64,000 bases of DNA from Candidatus Latescibacterota bacterium (GTDB lineage Bacteria > Latescibacterota > UBA2968 > GCA-2709665). A model generated the notes under the pieces. It had not been told where the DNA came from. It worked only from the letters and a program-made list of their open reading frames with translations, and did no database searches. Positions 20,662-31,409 of this stretch are shown here, piece after piece. The position numbers and the translations under genes were made by a program. Where the stretch lies: positions 1,536,001 through 1,600,000 of the forward strand of contig OZ244937.1 of assembly GCA_965222075.1 (NCBI GenBank), read 5' to 3'. The first letter of the stretch is position 1; each line of letters starts with the position of its first letter.

Positions 20662-21629
20662 CGTGTAGAACCTTCACCTCCAACGCGCGGAGGCAGCGTC
20701 AGTCTCCAGGCATCGTTCACAACAGGCCACGTATTGCCGGCCACCACCCACAGGCTGTTGTCGTACACATAACAGGTCGGCTCGTGCCGGTCCGCGAACC
20801 TGGTTTCGGAGACGAATTCCTGCCAGGTCACGCCATCCACCGAATGCCAGACATCGCCGAAATTCTTGTGATTCGCATTGTCGTACCCCCCGATAATCCA
20901 CATCTTTTCATCGTACACTTTGGAAATGAACCACATCCTGGGCGCCCACGGCGCATGCTCCAGAACGCGTGTCCAGCTTGCCCCGTCCTCTGAACACCAG
21001 ACATCGTTGAACGTCGTATATTCCGGGTACCCATTTTCAGGAGGCGTATTGACCTCGGACACGCGCCCGCCCATCAGCCACAGCTTGTCCGCAAAAACCA
21101 CAACCGCCGACGCCGCCCGATCTCCAAACGGCGCGTCGTCCGTCGCCAGCATCCAGTTCACACCGTCGCCCGAATGCCACACATCCCTGCCGCTGCCCAG
21201 TTGCCACATCCTGCCCTTGTGAACAACCAGCTCTCCATACCCCCGGGACCCGAAAGGTGTGGACTCTGCCGCCCGGGTCCAGTTCACACCGTCGGTCGAA
21301 TACCAGGCGCTGCCTTTAATCGCCCACATTTTCCCGTCGTAGGCCACCATCTCACTGTACCCGTCATAGGGCGTATCCGGGTTGATCAGCGTCCACGTTA
21401 CCCCATCGGTGGACGACCAGAGGTCTCTTGTGAGCACCCCGTCGTGGTAGTATCCATTGCTCAACCACATCCTGCCATCGTAAACCACATCCTCCGCCGT
21501 ATCCCGGGGGCTGAAAGCAGCCTCGTCCGTCACCTTTACCCAGGAACCCTGCTGATGCACAGCGCCTGAACCTCCTCCGGATGGATGGTGCCGGACCCCA
21601 AATCCGCCTGAGATCTTGTGTAATCCCAT
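20658..21629 (-). CDS. Kelch-like/BNR-type beta-propeller protein
   Basis: Repeated kmW-mGG...DVW-S-DG-xW units; overlaps the lutA start. Confidence 0.75.
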   Translation of the reverse strand: MGLHKISGGFGVRHHPSGGGSGAVHQQGSWVKVTDEAAFSPRDTAEDVVYDGRMWLSNGYYHDGVLTRDLWSSTDGVTWTLINPDTPYDGYSEMVAYDGKMWAIKGSAWYSTDGVNWTRAAESTPFGSRGYGELVVHKGRMWQLGSGRDVWHSGDGVNWMLATDDAPFGDRAASAVVVFADKLWLMGGRVSEVNTPPENGYPEYTTFNDVWCSEDGASWTRVLEHAPWAPRMWFISKVYDEKMWIIGGYDNANHKNFGDVWHSVDGVTWQEFVSETRFADRHEPTCYVYDNSLWVVAGNTWPVVNDAWRLTLPPRVGGEGSTR

Positions 21630-21714
21630 TCGAACCTCCGTTCTCGCTCTGCGGTTTCCGGATCGAACAGCTGCGGCTCATAAGTGTGCCGGGCACACCC
21701 TCCGCGCCAACCCA

Positions 21715-21743
21715 ACTATGTTTAAAATCCTGTATGATGTCAA
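21715..21743 (-). promoter_or_regulatory. Putative sigma70 promoter for the kelch-lutABC operon
   Basis: TTGACA-17 nt-CATAGT on the minus strand; palindrome gtgtgcc-g-ggcacac just downstream at 21684-21698. Confidence 0.5.
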
Positions 21744-21906
21744 GCGCTATCCCAACACGTACGGACCGTTCCGCAGATTCCGTTAAGAGGGAGGTCGGTG
21801 TACGAAAAAGCGAACCTGCTGATCCGTCGTAGAACTTTTTAGCTCCTTCCGTCGTCTCACGAACACAAGCCTCCAGGAACCCATGATTTTTTCCACCGGA
21901 GGATAG

Positions 21907-22497
21907 ATGACGGATGCCGAGCTGATCAGGCGTTTCCGCGACGGCGAGTCGCATGCCTTCAATGGGCTGGTAGGGCGCTGGCACAGGCGCCTTTACAACT
22001 TCATCCTGCGCCATGTGGGAGACCGCGAGGAAGCGCAGGATCTGTGCCAGCAGGCCTTCATCAGGGCCTACCGCAACATCCGCCGGCTGCGGGACCCCGA
22101 GAAGTTCTCCTCCTGGCTCTACCAGATTGCGGTCAATACCTGTCGGGACGAGTTGAGGAGGCGACAGCGTCACCCCACGGTCTCTCTGGAAAGCCTGGAG
22201 CAAGGGACCAATGGGCAGCCGTACGGGGGCCTGAAGTCTTCGGTAAGAGCAGATGTCCGGGCCCACGAGCGCGACCTGCGCGATCTGCTCAACCGGGCGT
22301 TGCAATCCATTCCGGAGGAACAACGGGTTGTGGTCGTCATGAAAGAATACCAGCACTTGAAGTTCACCGAAATCGCCGCCGCCCTGGAGTTGTCGGTCAA
22401 CACGGTTAAATCCCGGCTGTATTATGGCCTGAACAACCTCAGGAAGCTACTGGATCAGTGGAATATCACCCAGGAGACGATCGATGATGAAGTGTGA
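21907..22497 (+). CDS. ECF RNA polymerase sigma factor
   Basis: Region 2 AQDLCQQAF...FSSWLYQIAVN; region 4 EIAAALELSVNTVKSRL. Confidence 0.95.
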   Translation: MTDAELIRRFRDGESHAFNGLVGRWHRRLYNFILRHVGDREEAQDLCQQAFIRAYRNIRRLRDPEKFSSWLYQIAVNTCRDELRRRQRHPTVSLESLEQGTNGQPYGGLKSSVRADVRAHERDLRDLLNRALQSIPEEQRVVVVMKEYQHLKFTEIAAALELSVNTVKSRLYYGLNNLRKLLDQWNITQETIDDEV

Positions 22498-23197
22498 GCT
22501 GCCCAGAGAGAAGCTTGTTGGCTACCTCTACGACGAGGTGGATGCGGAAGGAAGGGCCGGTATCGAGGCCCACATCAAGACCTGTCCTTCCTGTACGCAA
22601 GCGCTGGAGAAACTGGGGCGGACCACGAACCTGATGCGTGCCTGGGCGGATGAAGATCCGCCTGCGAGCCTGGTCTTCGCTCCGGAAAAACTCCCCTGGT
22701 GGAAAGCCCTCTTTCCCGACTGGCTGTCCACGGGGAACCGGCGCTGGTTGGCGCCGGGCCTGTCTTTGGGACTGGCCGGGGTCATCCTGATCCTGGCCCT
22801 GTTGAACTTCGAGGCGGAGTACGACGGGCAGGGAGGTTTCCACCTGAAGCTGAGGCTGCCTGTGAAGGCAGAGCCCGACCCGGCCGCAGCGGTTCTCGAG
22901 GCGCCGCTCACGCGGGCGGAGTTGATCCAGGTGCAACAACAGTCCCTGGTCCTGATCCAGGAGTTGATCCGCGAGGGACACGACCAGCAACGCGTGGAAC
23001 TCGGTCTGATCCTGGACCGGTTCGCCCGGGATCTGGAGGCCCAGCGCCGCCGGGATTTGCAGCTGGTAGGCCAGGGCTTGCAGGAAATCGACGGGGCGAC
23101 GGAGAGCCGCTTCATGCAGACGGAAGGCCTTTTGCGCCACTTGCTGGCGGTCTCATACGCGCAGGCGGATCCGTACACACGTTCCACCACTGAATGA
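22484..23197 (+). CDS. Zinc-finger (HxxxCxxC) membrane anti-sigma factor
   Basis: HIKTCPSC followed by a TM helix; coupled to the sigma gene. Confidence 0.88.
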   Translation: MMKCELPREKLVGYLYDEVDAEGRAGIEAHIKTCPSCTQALEKLGRTTNLMRAWADEDPPASLVFAPEKLPWWKALFPDWLSTGNRRWLAPGLSLGLAGVILILALLNFEAEYDGQGGFHLKLRLPVKAEPDPAAAVLEAPLTRAELIQVQQQSLVLIQELIREGHDQQRVELGLILDRFARDLEAQRRRDLQLVGQGLQEIDGATESRFMQTEGLLRHLLAVSYAQADPYTRSTTE

Positions 23198-23217
23198 TCT
23201 GCACAGGGAGATAGAAA

Positions 23218-24430
23218 ATGAAAGCCTGTCATCTTATCGCCTTCATCACGGCCTGCTGCCTTTCTCTTCCGGCTTCCGCCGGCGAAGTCGAGATCGACCG
23301 GGAGCGCATGCAGCAGGATCTGAACATCATGGAAGGCATCCTGCAAAACCTGCACGCCCAGAACACCCCCTTCATAACCGGTATCCATCGAGAACCGCAC
23401 GTGCGGGGATTGTACTTTGAAAACTACGGGGTAATCTTTCTGATAGAAGAACGCCGTCCAGCAGGAATCAGATTCACCCTCACCCTGGGATCTTTTGAGT
23501 CGGCCGCAGAGGCGTCCAAGAAGCATGAGGGAGGCGATGTCGTAAAGGACATCAGGGCGCAACGGGAGAAAAGACGCGTTGCCTTCCAGGATCGGCTCGG
23601 CGAATTTTTGGGCACGTACGCGGATGCGATCCGCCAGTTGAAAGACGAAGACCGCATCACGATCCTGGTCCATTACCAACCTCTTTCTCCTATCTCCAAA
23701 GAAGCTTTAGACCATATACCGGAACTCCAGGCAGTCGCTAAACAGCTGGATAGTCTCAAATCTCCCCGAAAGGGGCGGAAGATCCAAAAAAAACACCTCT
23801 ACCGCGTGTTGTCGGAACCGGTTTACTCAGAGGTTACGGCAAAAAAGCGCGATATCGTAGCCTACCGCCGCGAGCGCATCAGCGAGGCGGAGTTTCGCAA
23901 GCGGATCGTCTCTCGCGAGCACAAGCCGGATGCTTCCACGATAAAAAAGATCGGTGTCCTGGCCACCATCCTGGACAAGGCCCTGAAGCGGCCCGACCAT
24001 CTGGCCCGGGATTTCAACAAGACCCTGGGCATATACCAGGAAGGGTTGGGGGCCCTCTTCTTCGTGAACGCGGGAAGCGGGTACCGTACGGACCATCCTG
24101 TGTTCAAAAACAAAACAAAAGAGCTCAGGTTGCCGATCCATCGTCGTAGACAGGGGCAAGGAAGAAAGTCAAATCCAGGATCGGTTCAAGGAAGACCTGG
24201 TCAATGTGGTGGGAGATTACGGCTATTCCCTGCGCACCCTCAAACCCCAGGAATACATCGTGGTCGAAGTTCGCTTTCCGGAAGCGTTGTGGAGCGGCTG
24301 GTCGGACCCGCCCTGGTCGGACCCGCGGGGGCTTGTGCTGAAGGTGCGGAAGAAGGATGTGGATGCCTATACCCGGGAGGACCTCGACCTGGCAGCGTTT
24401 CGCCAGAAAGTGGATATCCAGGAATTTTAA
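23218..24430 (+). CDS. Secreted hypothetical protein with an internal duplication, frameshifted near 24100-24150
   Basis: Signal peptide; the downstream frame QDRFKEDLVNVVGDYGYSLRTLK parallels the upstream FQDRLGEFLGTYADAIRQLK. Confidence 0.6.
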
Positions 24431-25038
24431 GCCCCTCACGCATCTCGCCTCCCCCGCCTTCGGGTCGCCTTTTCAGCGTGTCCGGTTCCCCGGACCAAAT
24501 CTCCGTCAACCAAACCCTATTGGGAGCCCAAACGAAGTTCCGGCAAACGATCATAAGGTAGCTTGCCCGACCCTGGCGTGCGTAAATTGCCTTGACAGAG
24601 ACTCCAAAAGGGGCTTTATTAAACCTAAACTTGGGGAACCTTCGCCTACCTGTTAGCGTCGGACGGGTAGGACCAGAAGAATTCGCCGTTTCTGCGCGTG
24701 GAGACAAGCATATCTGTGTTCGGAACGGACGTTCCTTGCAAAGGTCACGATCGGGTTTACTCGGGGAGTTCGACTATTTGGTGTCTTGTCCCCTCAGGAG
24801 TTCACCAGAGTGCACTCGTCGAATTTACGGTGCAAGGATGGGCCGAGGGCCGGAATTCTCCTGCGGCTACTGCGAGCAAGATTGAGCGCCCGCCTCGCCT
24901 TTATCAGTCGGCTATATATTTGTACAGAACAGCAATCTTGACTTGGAGCAAATCAGTGACATCTTCAACTGAATCGCCCAGTGATCCTTGTAGCGCTAAC
25001 CGCCAACCATCGCACGATCTTCATCTCGTTCAGATACA

Positions 25039-25793
25039 ATGAAGAGATACCCCAAGGCACCAGTATCCGAGGTTATCTTTGGCGTGACCTTTTCAGAGAA
25101 ACGCCTATCAATAAGGGACCTGTTTGACGGCCAGCAGGCCCTATCGGACAAATACCCGCGAGTGGAGATCCGTCCCCCCTTGTCGACGAATGGATGTCAG
25201 GATTCCAGATCACCCAGGACCTGAATCCTGACAGGACGGGGGCTGTCCTTATTCGTCTGCGCAGCGACGACGACAATTGGATGTGCCAAATACAAGCGAA
25301 TAAAGTCTACCTCAACTGGATTCGCCCAGACCATGAACCAGTCGGCAACTATCCTGGTTACACCGCCGTTTATCGTAAATTCGGTGACTTACTTAATGCC
25401 CTGAGCCTTGGTTTCTCAGAATTCACCTCGGATTCAGTCAAATACTACGACCTCACCTATCACGATCGTCTCGAGTGGCAGGAGTACATTGACAGCCTGA
25501 GTGATGCCTACAAGATCATGCGGTTCAGGCCTCCGGAGATCGAGACTCCGGAGGGGCTCAACAACTCATTCTCACGTTATACCTACAGCTATGATTCCCT
25601 GGGCGGATATGGCATTTTTGCCGTGAACACGGCCACTGCCGCCACGGGAAAACAGGTTCTGCAGCTCGAGAGCACCCTTCGTGGTATCACCCCACATCAG
25701 TCGAGTGACGCCTGGTTCAACGCGGCACACATGGTCCAGTACGATCATTTCAGCAGAATTTTCACACCGGAGATTCTTGAACAATGGGCCTAG
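25039..25793 (+). CDS. TIGR04255-like protein (putative SecB-like chaperone), frameshifted near 25180
   Basis: YPKAPVSEVIFGVTF joins WMCQIQANKVYLNW, YPGY, LTYHDRL after a 1-base shift at the C/T run. Confidence 0.65.
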
Positions 25794-26380
25794 ACATAGT
25801 CCAAGTCCCCTACGTGAAAGAGTCGCCATCAGTGTTCAACGATGACAAGGTGGGAGCATTTAATACACCGGAGGCGACTCCTGTTTCGGGTTTCGTGGAG
25901 GAGGTCCGCACCCCCGACACCTCGGATATTTCCTCTTTCGGCGCTGTTAATTATCTTAGTCGTGGCCGGTCAGACGACTGGAAGGAAACCGGACTTCAGA
26001 GTTTCGCCTCTCTCGTGTCCAACAGATTCAGCTATCTCGGGGGGTTGCGGAATCTCGAACGAGATTGGGTTTCCGGAGGTGCCGTCAAGCCATCATCCTC
26101 GGCGATTAGCCTCTCCCAAGAATTGCTTCTCTACATCAGAAAGAAGGTGTCTAGCGAAGAATTCAAACTCATTCCGAGGATAGTTATGGGCCCTATCCCA
26201 AGCGGAGGAATAATCGTTGAACTTCATGCGGATGACGATAATGCAATTAACGTGACTATAACGAACGATGATCGCGTGTACCTGGAGGTTCTATCCGGCG
26301 GCTGCTATTTCGAAGTCAACATATCGGGAAACGAGTTGATCGGCATGGTAACCTCTCAATATGCCTCCATCTCCCGGTAG
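25784..26380 (+). CDS. Hypothetical protein, candidate antitoxin
   Basis: Overlaps both neighbours; low-complexity N-terminus and a LERDW..GA...P.PSGGI.VE domain. Confidence 0.55.
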   Translation: MGLDIVQVPYVKESPSVFNDDKVGAFNTPEATPVSGFVEEVRTPDTSDISSFGAVNYLSRGRSDDWKETGLQSFASLVSNRFSYLGGLRNLERDWVSGGAVKPSSSAISLSQELLLYIRKKVSSEEFKLIPRIVMGPIPSGGIIVELHADDDNAINVTITNDDRVYLEVLSGGCYFEVNISGNELIGMVTSQYASISR

Positions 26381-26768
26381 TGTGATTCCGAACGGAGAGG
26401 TGTTATACAGGTGGTGTCGCAGCGATGCCTTTCCGAAAAACCAGGTGGAGATACCCGCCTCGCTGTTTAGTGATATCGAGCTCTCCTGTGACTGGGCGAG
26501 ATTCCGTCCAGATCCTTCGACATCCTTCCACATGGTGGAAGGAAAGACACGAGTGATTGAAATTTCGGTTTGTGACGAGATCAAGAATCCTCGCAATCCC
26601 AAACGAGAGGGCGAGATAGTTGAGGCCTGGAAGCAGCAAGTCATATACGATCCGATTGAGGATCCTGTTCATGGCCCAAACGATGCCCATTCCCTGATAA
26701 AGGGACGCAAGAAAATGGCAGTCCGCGACGCTATCGTCGCGAATTCCAACTGGTGGGATATCGAATAG
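26361..26768 (+). CDS. Small ART/RES-like putative toxin
   Basis: LYR...F...LSCDW...YDP...NDAHSLI pattern resembling NAD-dependent toxin folds. Confidence 0.5.
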   Translation: MPPSPGSVIPNGEVLYRWCRSDAFPKNQVEIPASLFSDIELSCDWARFRPDPSTSFHMVEGKTRVIEISVCDEIKNPRNPKREGEIVEAWKQQVIYDPIEDPVHGPNDAHSLIKGRKKMAVRDAIVANSNWWDIE

Positions 26769-26984
26769 GAGGCCTTGGCCCCTAACGGTCCTCCAAAGGC
26801 CGCTAATCCCGCGACCTCAAGCATCAGCCTACCTGCAGCAGCTCCAGCCAGTTGCGGGAGCTCGATCGGTTATGCCGCCAGGTGACCTTTCCGAAAGCAG
26901 AGACATCGTCGTATTTCTACCGCAGTTTCGAGTTCATACAAGCACTCCTGTCGCCATTTCATCTCGCCGGTTTTTCTTCCGAAC

Positions 26985-27991
26985 CTACCGCGTCTCCGCC
27001 AGTGAGACAGTCCTTTGTTCCCGCGCTGAGATGGAGACAGCCTCGGCAATCTCGACATCCAGCAGCGCATCCCCGGGGGAATTCCGGGCCTCACCGCGGT
27101 CCTCTATCGCATCCAGAAAGGCCTCTGCCTGCCGGACAAAAGGGGACGGCTCGTTCTCAAAAGCGCGAACCCCGGACCCACCCTCGTGGAAAACGGTAAT
27201 GGAGACGGTGCCGGGCGCAGCCTCCGCATTGGGCACAACCCCTCCCTCCGTGCAGACGAACCGGGTCTGGGCGTCACCCATCCCCTCCGGACCGACATAG
27301 CTTGCCGTTGCCGAAGCGAACGCGCCGTTATCAAACCGATCAGGGCCGCGCAGGTCTCCTCCATTACGTGACCGGGATCCGTATTTCGCTTCCGATTGGC
27401 CATTGCGGACACAGCCGTGGGCCTGCCCAGAATCCAGCGGACAGCATTCAGGTAGCAGTAGCTCAGGTGGGTCAGCGGCATCCCCCCGCTGGCCTCCTGG
27501 TCATAATACCAGGCACAGGGATCCGGGTTCCACAGCGCCATGCTCACGGCCATCACCGGCTCTCCCAGAACGCGGTCCCTCACCAGCCGGTGGATCTCCG
27601 CCCAGGCCGGATCGTACCGGCGCTGGTACCCGGCCTCCACAACCCGCCCGTATCGCCCCGCCAGTTCCACAATCCGGCGTCCATTCTCCACACTGGACGC
27701 CAGACTGCCTCCGATCAGAAGGTCGAACCCGGTTTCCAGGGCCCACAGTGCAATCTCGTCCTGCACCCTGTGAGGGGTCTCGATCAGGACCGCATCCGGC
27801 CCCGCCTCGGCCAGACGGCGGAAGTCATCGCAGGAGACATCACACCCCAGCTCCGCCGCACAGCATCGGGCGCTCTCCACATGCCGGGCGGCCACAGCGC
27901 AGATCTCCGCCCGGCCGGTATCCAGAAACGCCCTGCCCCGAACCCGGGCCATATTTCCCGCCCCGGCAATTGCGATTCGCTTTTTCGGCAT
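26985..27991 (-). CDS. Gfo/Idh/MocA oxidoreductase, frameshifted near 27333
   Basis: IAIAGAGNMA Rossmann motif; one extra T restores GFDNGAFASATASY and joins ORF 26985-27281. Confidence 0.8.
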
Positions 27992-28132
27992 GCGATACCC
28001 CCTTGAACAATGCCCCCGCGTATCTTATCTCGTCCTATCTCGGAATACCCACATAAGCCCCGGCAAACCCCAGGCCCCCCAGCAGTGCCAGATTCCAGAA
28101 AAGTGCACCCTTTGACTACGGTGAGATTTTGT

Positions 28133-28161
28133 TTGACATCCGGTCAATCCAAGTGCATAAT
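28133..28161 (+). promoter_or_regulatory. Sigma70 promoter with an overlapping TTGAC-N5-GTCAA palindrome
   Basis: TTGACA-17 nt-CATAAT upstream of the cytochrome gene. Confidence 0.6.
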
Positions 28162-28204
28162 TTTGCGTCTGCCTGTCCATCTGTCAGACGAATGTGAGAA
28201 GGCC

Positions 28205-29449
28205 ATGACAAGATACTTCTCCAGGCTTACCGTGCTCACCCTTCTGTTGCTCCTGCTACCCGCAGCTGCCCGACCCGACGGCGGGGACGCAATAGGCAAA
28301 GCTCGGCCATCGGCCTACATTGGCGCTCAGGCCTGCGGGGAGTGTCACCGGGACAGATTTGAAGCGTTTCGCCAGACAGCGCACCACCTCACCTCCCGCC
28401 TGCCCGATCCCGAGGCAATCCTGGGCAGCTTCTCTCCCGAACACGCCATCCTCCGAACCCGGAAGGCCAACCTCCGGTTCGAGATAACCGCCGGAGACGA
28501 TGGGTTCTTTCAGACGGCCATTATCGGGAAAGGGGAGGGCACCTACCGACGGACCGAGCGCATCGACATCGTGACCGGCTCCGGAAAAATCGGTCAGACC
28601 TACCTCTTCTGGCAGGGCAACCGCCTCTACCAGTTGCCCATCTCCTACTTCGCCCAGCAGCGAAGGTGGGTCAACAGCCCGGGCTATCCCGACGGCGAGG
28701 TGAACTTCTCCCGTCCGGTTGTCCCCCGCTGCCTGGAGTGCCACGCCACCTATTTTGAATCCGCATCCTATTCGAGCAACACCTACAACAGGGATCACTT
28801 TGTCCTTGGCATCTCCTGCGAGCGGTGCCACGGTCCTGGCGCAGACCACGCAGCCTATCAACGCGCCCATCCCAATACAAACGATATGCCTTACATCTTG
28901 CACCCCGGCAGGCTCGAACCGCAGCGATTGATCGATCTCTGTGCCCAGTGCCATTCCGGCGTAGGCATCCCGCGCCAGCAGCCTTTTTCCTTCCGCCCCG
29001 GCGCACCCCTGAACGAATACCTCGAACTCGACGCCCCCGAAGAACAGAACAAAATCGGCGTTCACAGCACCAACCAGCTCCCCCGGCTCACCAAATCCAG
29101 GTGCTTCCAGCTAAGCCAAACCATGACCTGTATCAGTTGCCACAACCCACATGCCTCAGAGCGGGGAAACCTCTCCTTGTTCTCCAAACGGTGCGTCGCC
29201 TGTCACAGCACCCACACCTGCGGCATGGCCGCTGAACTTGGGGATGCGATCCGGACCAACTGTATTGACTGCCACATGCCCCGGAAACAGGATCTGGGCA
29301 CCGAAATCGAAACCGCCGAAGCATTTCAGTTCCCTACCATGCGGGACCACTTCATCACCATCTATCCGGAAATCAGCCGACGCTTGACCGCACAGTTTCT
29401 ACAGACGGAAAACCCACCCCACCCTCAACCTCATCACGGGAGACCCTGA
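28205..29449 (+). CDS. Secreted multiheme cytochrome c (7 CxxCH motifs)
   Basis: Signal peptide; CGECH, CLECH, CERCH, CAQCH, CISCH, CVACH, CIDCH. Confidence 0.88.
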   Translation: MTRYFSRLTVLTLLLLLLPAAARPDGGDAIGKARPSAYIGAQACGECHRDRFEAFRQTAHHLTSRLPDPEAILGSFSPEHAILRTRKANLRFEITAGDDGFFQTAIIGKGEGTYRRTERIDIVTGSGKIGQTYLFWQGNRLYQLPISYFAQQRRWVNSPGYPDGEVNFSRPVVPRCLECHATYFESASYSSNTYNRDHFVLGISCERCHGPGADHAAYQRAHPNTNDMPYILHPGRLEPQRLIDLCAQCHSGVGIPRQQPFSFRPGAPLNEYLELDAPEEQNKIGVHSTNQLPRLTKSRCFQLSQTMTCISCHNPHASERGNLSLFSKRCVACHSTHTCGMAAELGDAIRTNCIDCHMPRKQDLGTEIETAEAFQFPTMRDHFITIYPEISRRLTAQFLQTENPPHPQPHHGRP

Positions 29450-29450
29450 T

Positions 29451-31265
29451 ATGCCCCAATACAGAACGTTCACCCTATCGGACAGAGGCCAGCCCCGAAC
29501 CGCCATTATCCTGCCCGAAGGCGCCGGAGAAATCCTTCGGGATGCGGCCGCCGATCTGCAATCCGTCCTTGAAAAAATCACCGGCATGGCCCCCCCGATG
29601 GGCGTGGACAGCGGAAAGCCCGCGCCCCGGGGGCGGACGGCGGTCCACGTGGGAGAAACCGCATACGCCCGGTCTCTGGCCCTGAACGCCGGAGATGCAG
29701 GCGTGGAGGGATACCGCATCGTCACCTCCGGCAGGGACCTCTTCATCCTGGGCGGAAGCGACAGCGGCACGTCCTACGGCGTCTACGGCCTGCTGGAAGA
29801 CCACCTCGGCGCCCGCTGGTTTATGCCCGGGGAACTCTTTGAAGACATCCCGATGCAGACCACCCTGAAAATCACGCCGGTTGACGAAACAAAAACCCCC
29901 CACTTCCTCCACCGCGTCTTCAGCGGCATCGCCGGACTGGAGGGCCATCGCTGGGAGCACCGCAACCGCGTCTCCCGCCGCCGGGCTGAACTGCCCTACG
30001 CCGGCTTCCACCACGCCCTCTACAGAGTCTTCCCCGTTGCCCAATACGGCAAAACGCACCCCGAATACTATGCCTTCATCAACGGCGAGCGCCTCATCCC
30101 CGGAAGTGACACCGTCAGCAACGGCCTGTTCGGTCAACCCTGCACCAGCAACCCCGAAGTCGTGGACATCACCATCCAGGCCACGCGCGCCTACTTCGAC
30201 GAGCACCCGGAGGCCCACTGCTTCTCTCTGGGCATGAACGACAATGGAAACTTTTGCCTGTGCGACAACTGCCGTGCGCTCGACATCCCCGGTCTGGAAT
30301 TCCGGGGGCGTCCGATCTACTCCGACCGGTGGTTTACGTACTTCAACGCCGTAGCCCGTGCCCTGCAGGAATCCCATCCGGGAAAATTCGTGGGATGCCT
30401 GGCTTACCACAACGTGGAGGAGCCCCCCAAACGCATCGAGCGCTTAGAGCCTAACGCCGCCATCTACCTCACCCAGGACACCGCCCAGCACCTCGACCCT
30501 GAATACCGGGACAAAGACCGGGAATTCATCCTCGCCTGGCTCAAACAGTGCGACCACGTCTGCAAATACGACTACTATGGCCTGGGCTGGGTGCTCCCCC
30601 GTCACTTCCCCCGCCTCCTGGCCGACGACATCAAATTCCAGCACAGCGCGGGCGTCAAAGGCTTCTATGCCGAAGCCTACCCCCACTGGCCCGGCTTCGG
30701 CCCCCAGATCTGGCTGGCCTCCAAACTCTGGTGGAACTCGGACCAGGACACGGAAAAGCTCCTCGACGAATTCTTCCAGCGCCTGTTCCGGGGCGCAGCC
30801 GGCGAGGTCCGGGCCTTCTACGACCGCCTCGAAACCATCTGGCGCCGCCCCCGTCAGGGCCGCTGGTTCCAGGGCCTGCGCGGGCTTCACGACCAGGTCA
30901 CCTGCTACACAATAGACGACGTGGACGACCTCGAAGCCATCCTCGCCCGCGCCTACAAAGCCACGCGGGACCCGCTCGTACGCCTCAGAATCGACTACAT
31001 CCGCCGCTGGTTCTCCTTCCCCGCAACCCTCATCCGGGGCTGGCACGCAGCCGATGAGATCCTGGCCCTGCCCCCCGGACCGGAAGCCCGGCAAAAAGCA
31101 GCGGACCTCCGCAAACTCAGACCCCGCCTCAAAAGGTCCCACCGCCAGGCCATCCTGGAAGACCGCTGCATGCCCAAAGCCGCCTACTTCAGCGACAGCA
31201 GATACCAGACCCGCGTGGCAGACCCCTGGCTCGAAAAGGTCGACCAGGCCCTGGCGCATGGCTAA
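29451..31265 (+). CDS. DUF4838-like glycoside hydrolase-like protein
   Basis: GTSYGVYGLLEDHLGARWF, HPEYYA, QPCTSNPEV, SLGMND, LAY motifs. Confidence 0.75.
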   Translation: MPQYRTFTLSDRGQPRTAIILPEGAGEILRDAAADLQSVLEKITGMAPPMGVDSGKPAPRGRTAVHVGETAYARSLALNAGDAGVEGYRIVTSGRDLFILGGSDSGTSYGVYGLLEDHLGARWFMPGELFEDIPMQTTLKITPVDETKTPHFLHRVFSGIAGLEGHRWEHRNRVSRRRAELPYAGFHHALYRVFPVAQYGKTHPEYYAFINGERLIPGSDTVSNGLFGQPCTSNPEVVDITIQATRAYFDEHPEAHCFSLGMNDNGNFCLCDNCRALDIPGLEFRGRPIYSDRWFTYFNAVARALQESHPGKFVGCLAYHNVEEPPKRIERLEPNAAIYLTQDTAQHLDPEYRDKDREFILAWLKQCDHVCKYDYYGLGWVLPRHFPRLLADDIKFQHSAGVKGFYAEAYPHWPGFGPQIWLASKLWWNSDQDTEKLLDEFFQRLFRGAAGEVRAFYDRLETIWRRPRQGRWFQGLRGLHDQVTCYTIDDVDDLEAILARAYKATRDPLVRLRIDYIRRWFSFPATLIRGWHAADEILALPPGPEARQKAADLRKLRPRLKRSHRQAILEDRCMPKAAYFSDSRYQTRVADPWLEKVDQALAHG

Positions 31266-31283
31266 CCGCCAAACACCTGTTTC

Positions 31284-31330
31284 GGAATGCGGATTGCGGA
31301 TTGAAAGGCCTTTATTCCGCAATTCGCAAT
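31284..31330. repeat. Inverted heptamer repeat between convergent genes; possible terminator
   Basis: ggaatgc ggattgc ggattg ... attccgc aattcgc aat. Confidence 0.55.
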
Positions 31331-31409
31331 GCTTACCCTGCCTTCACCACCACGACCTCCCCCCTCTCCGTCGCTGCGACCACCTCCGTCCGCAGCGCCC
31401 TCACCGCAC

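Noticed and set aside
24431-24561. C-terminus of the 447-aa ORF 23218-24561
   Set aside because: Out-of-frame read-through after the frameshift; the plausible protein ends at 24430.
24560-25030. Possible tRNA or ncRNA (TTGACA at 24592, GTTCGA near 24768)
   Set aside because: No cloverleaf or recognisable riboswitch fold, and the -10 box is weak.
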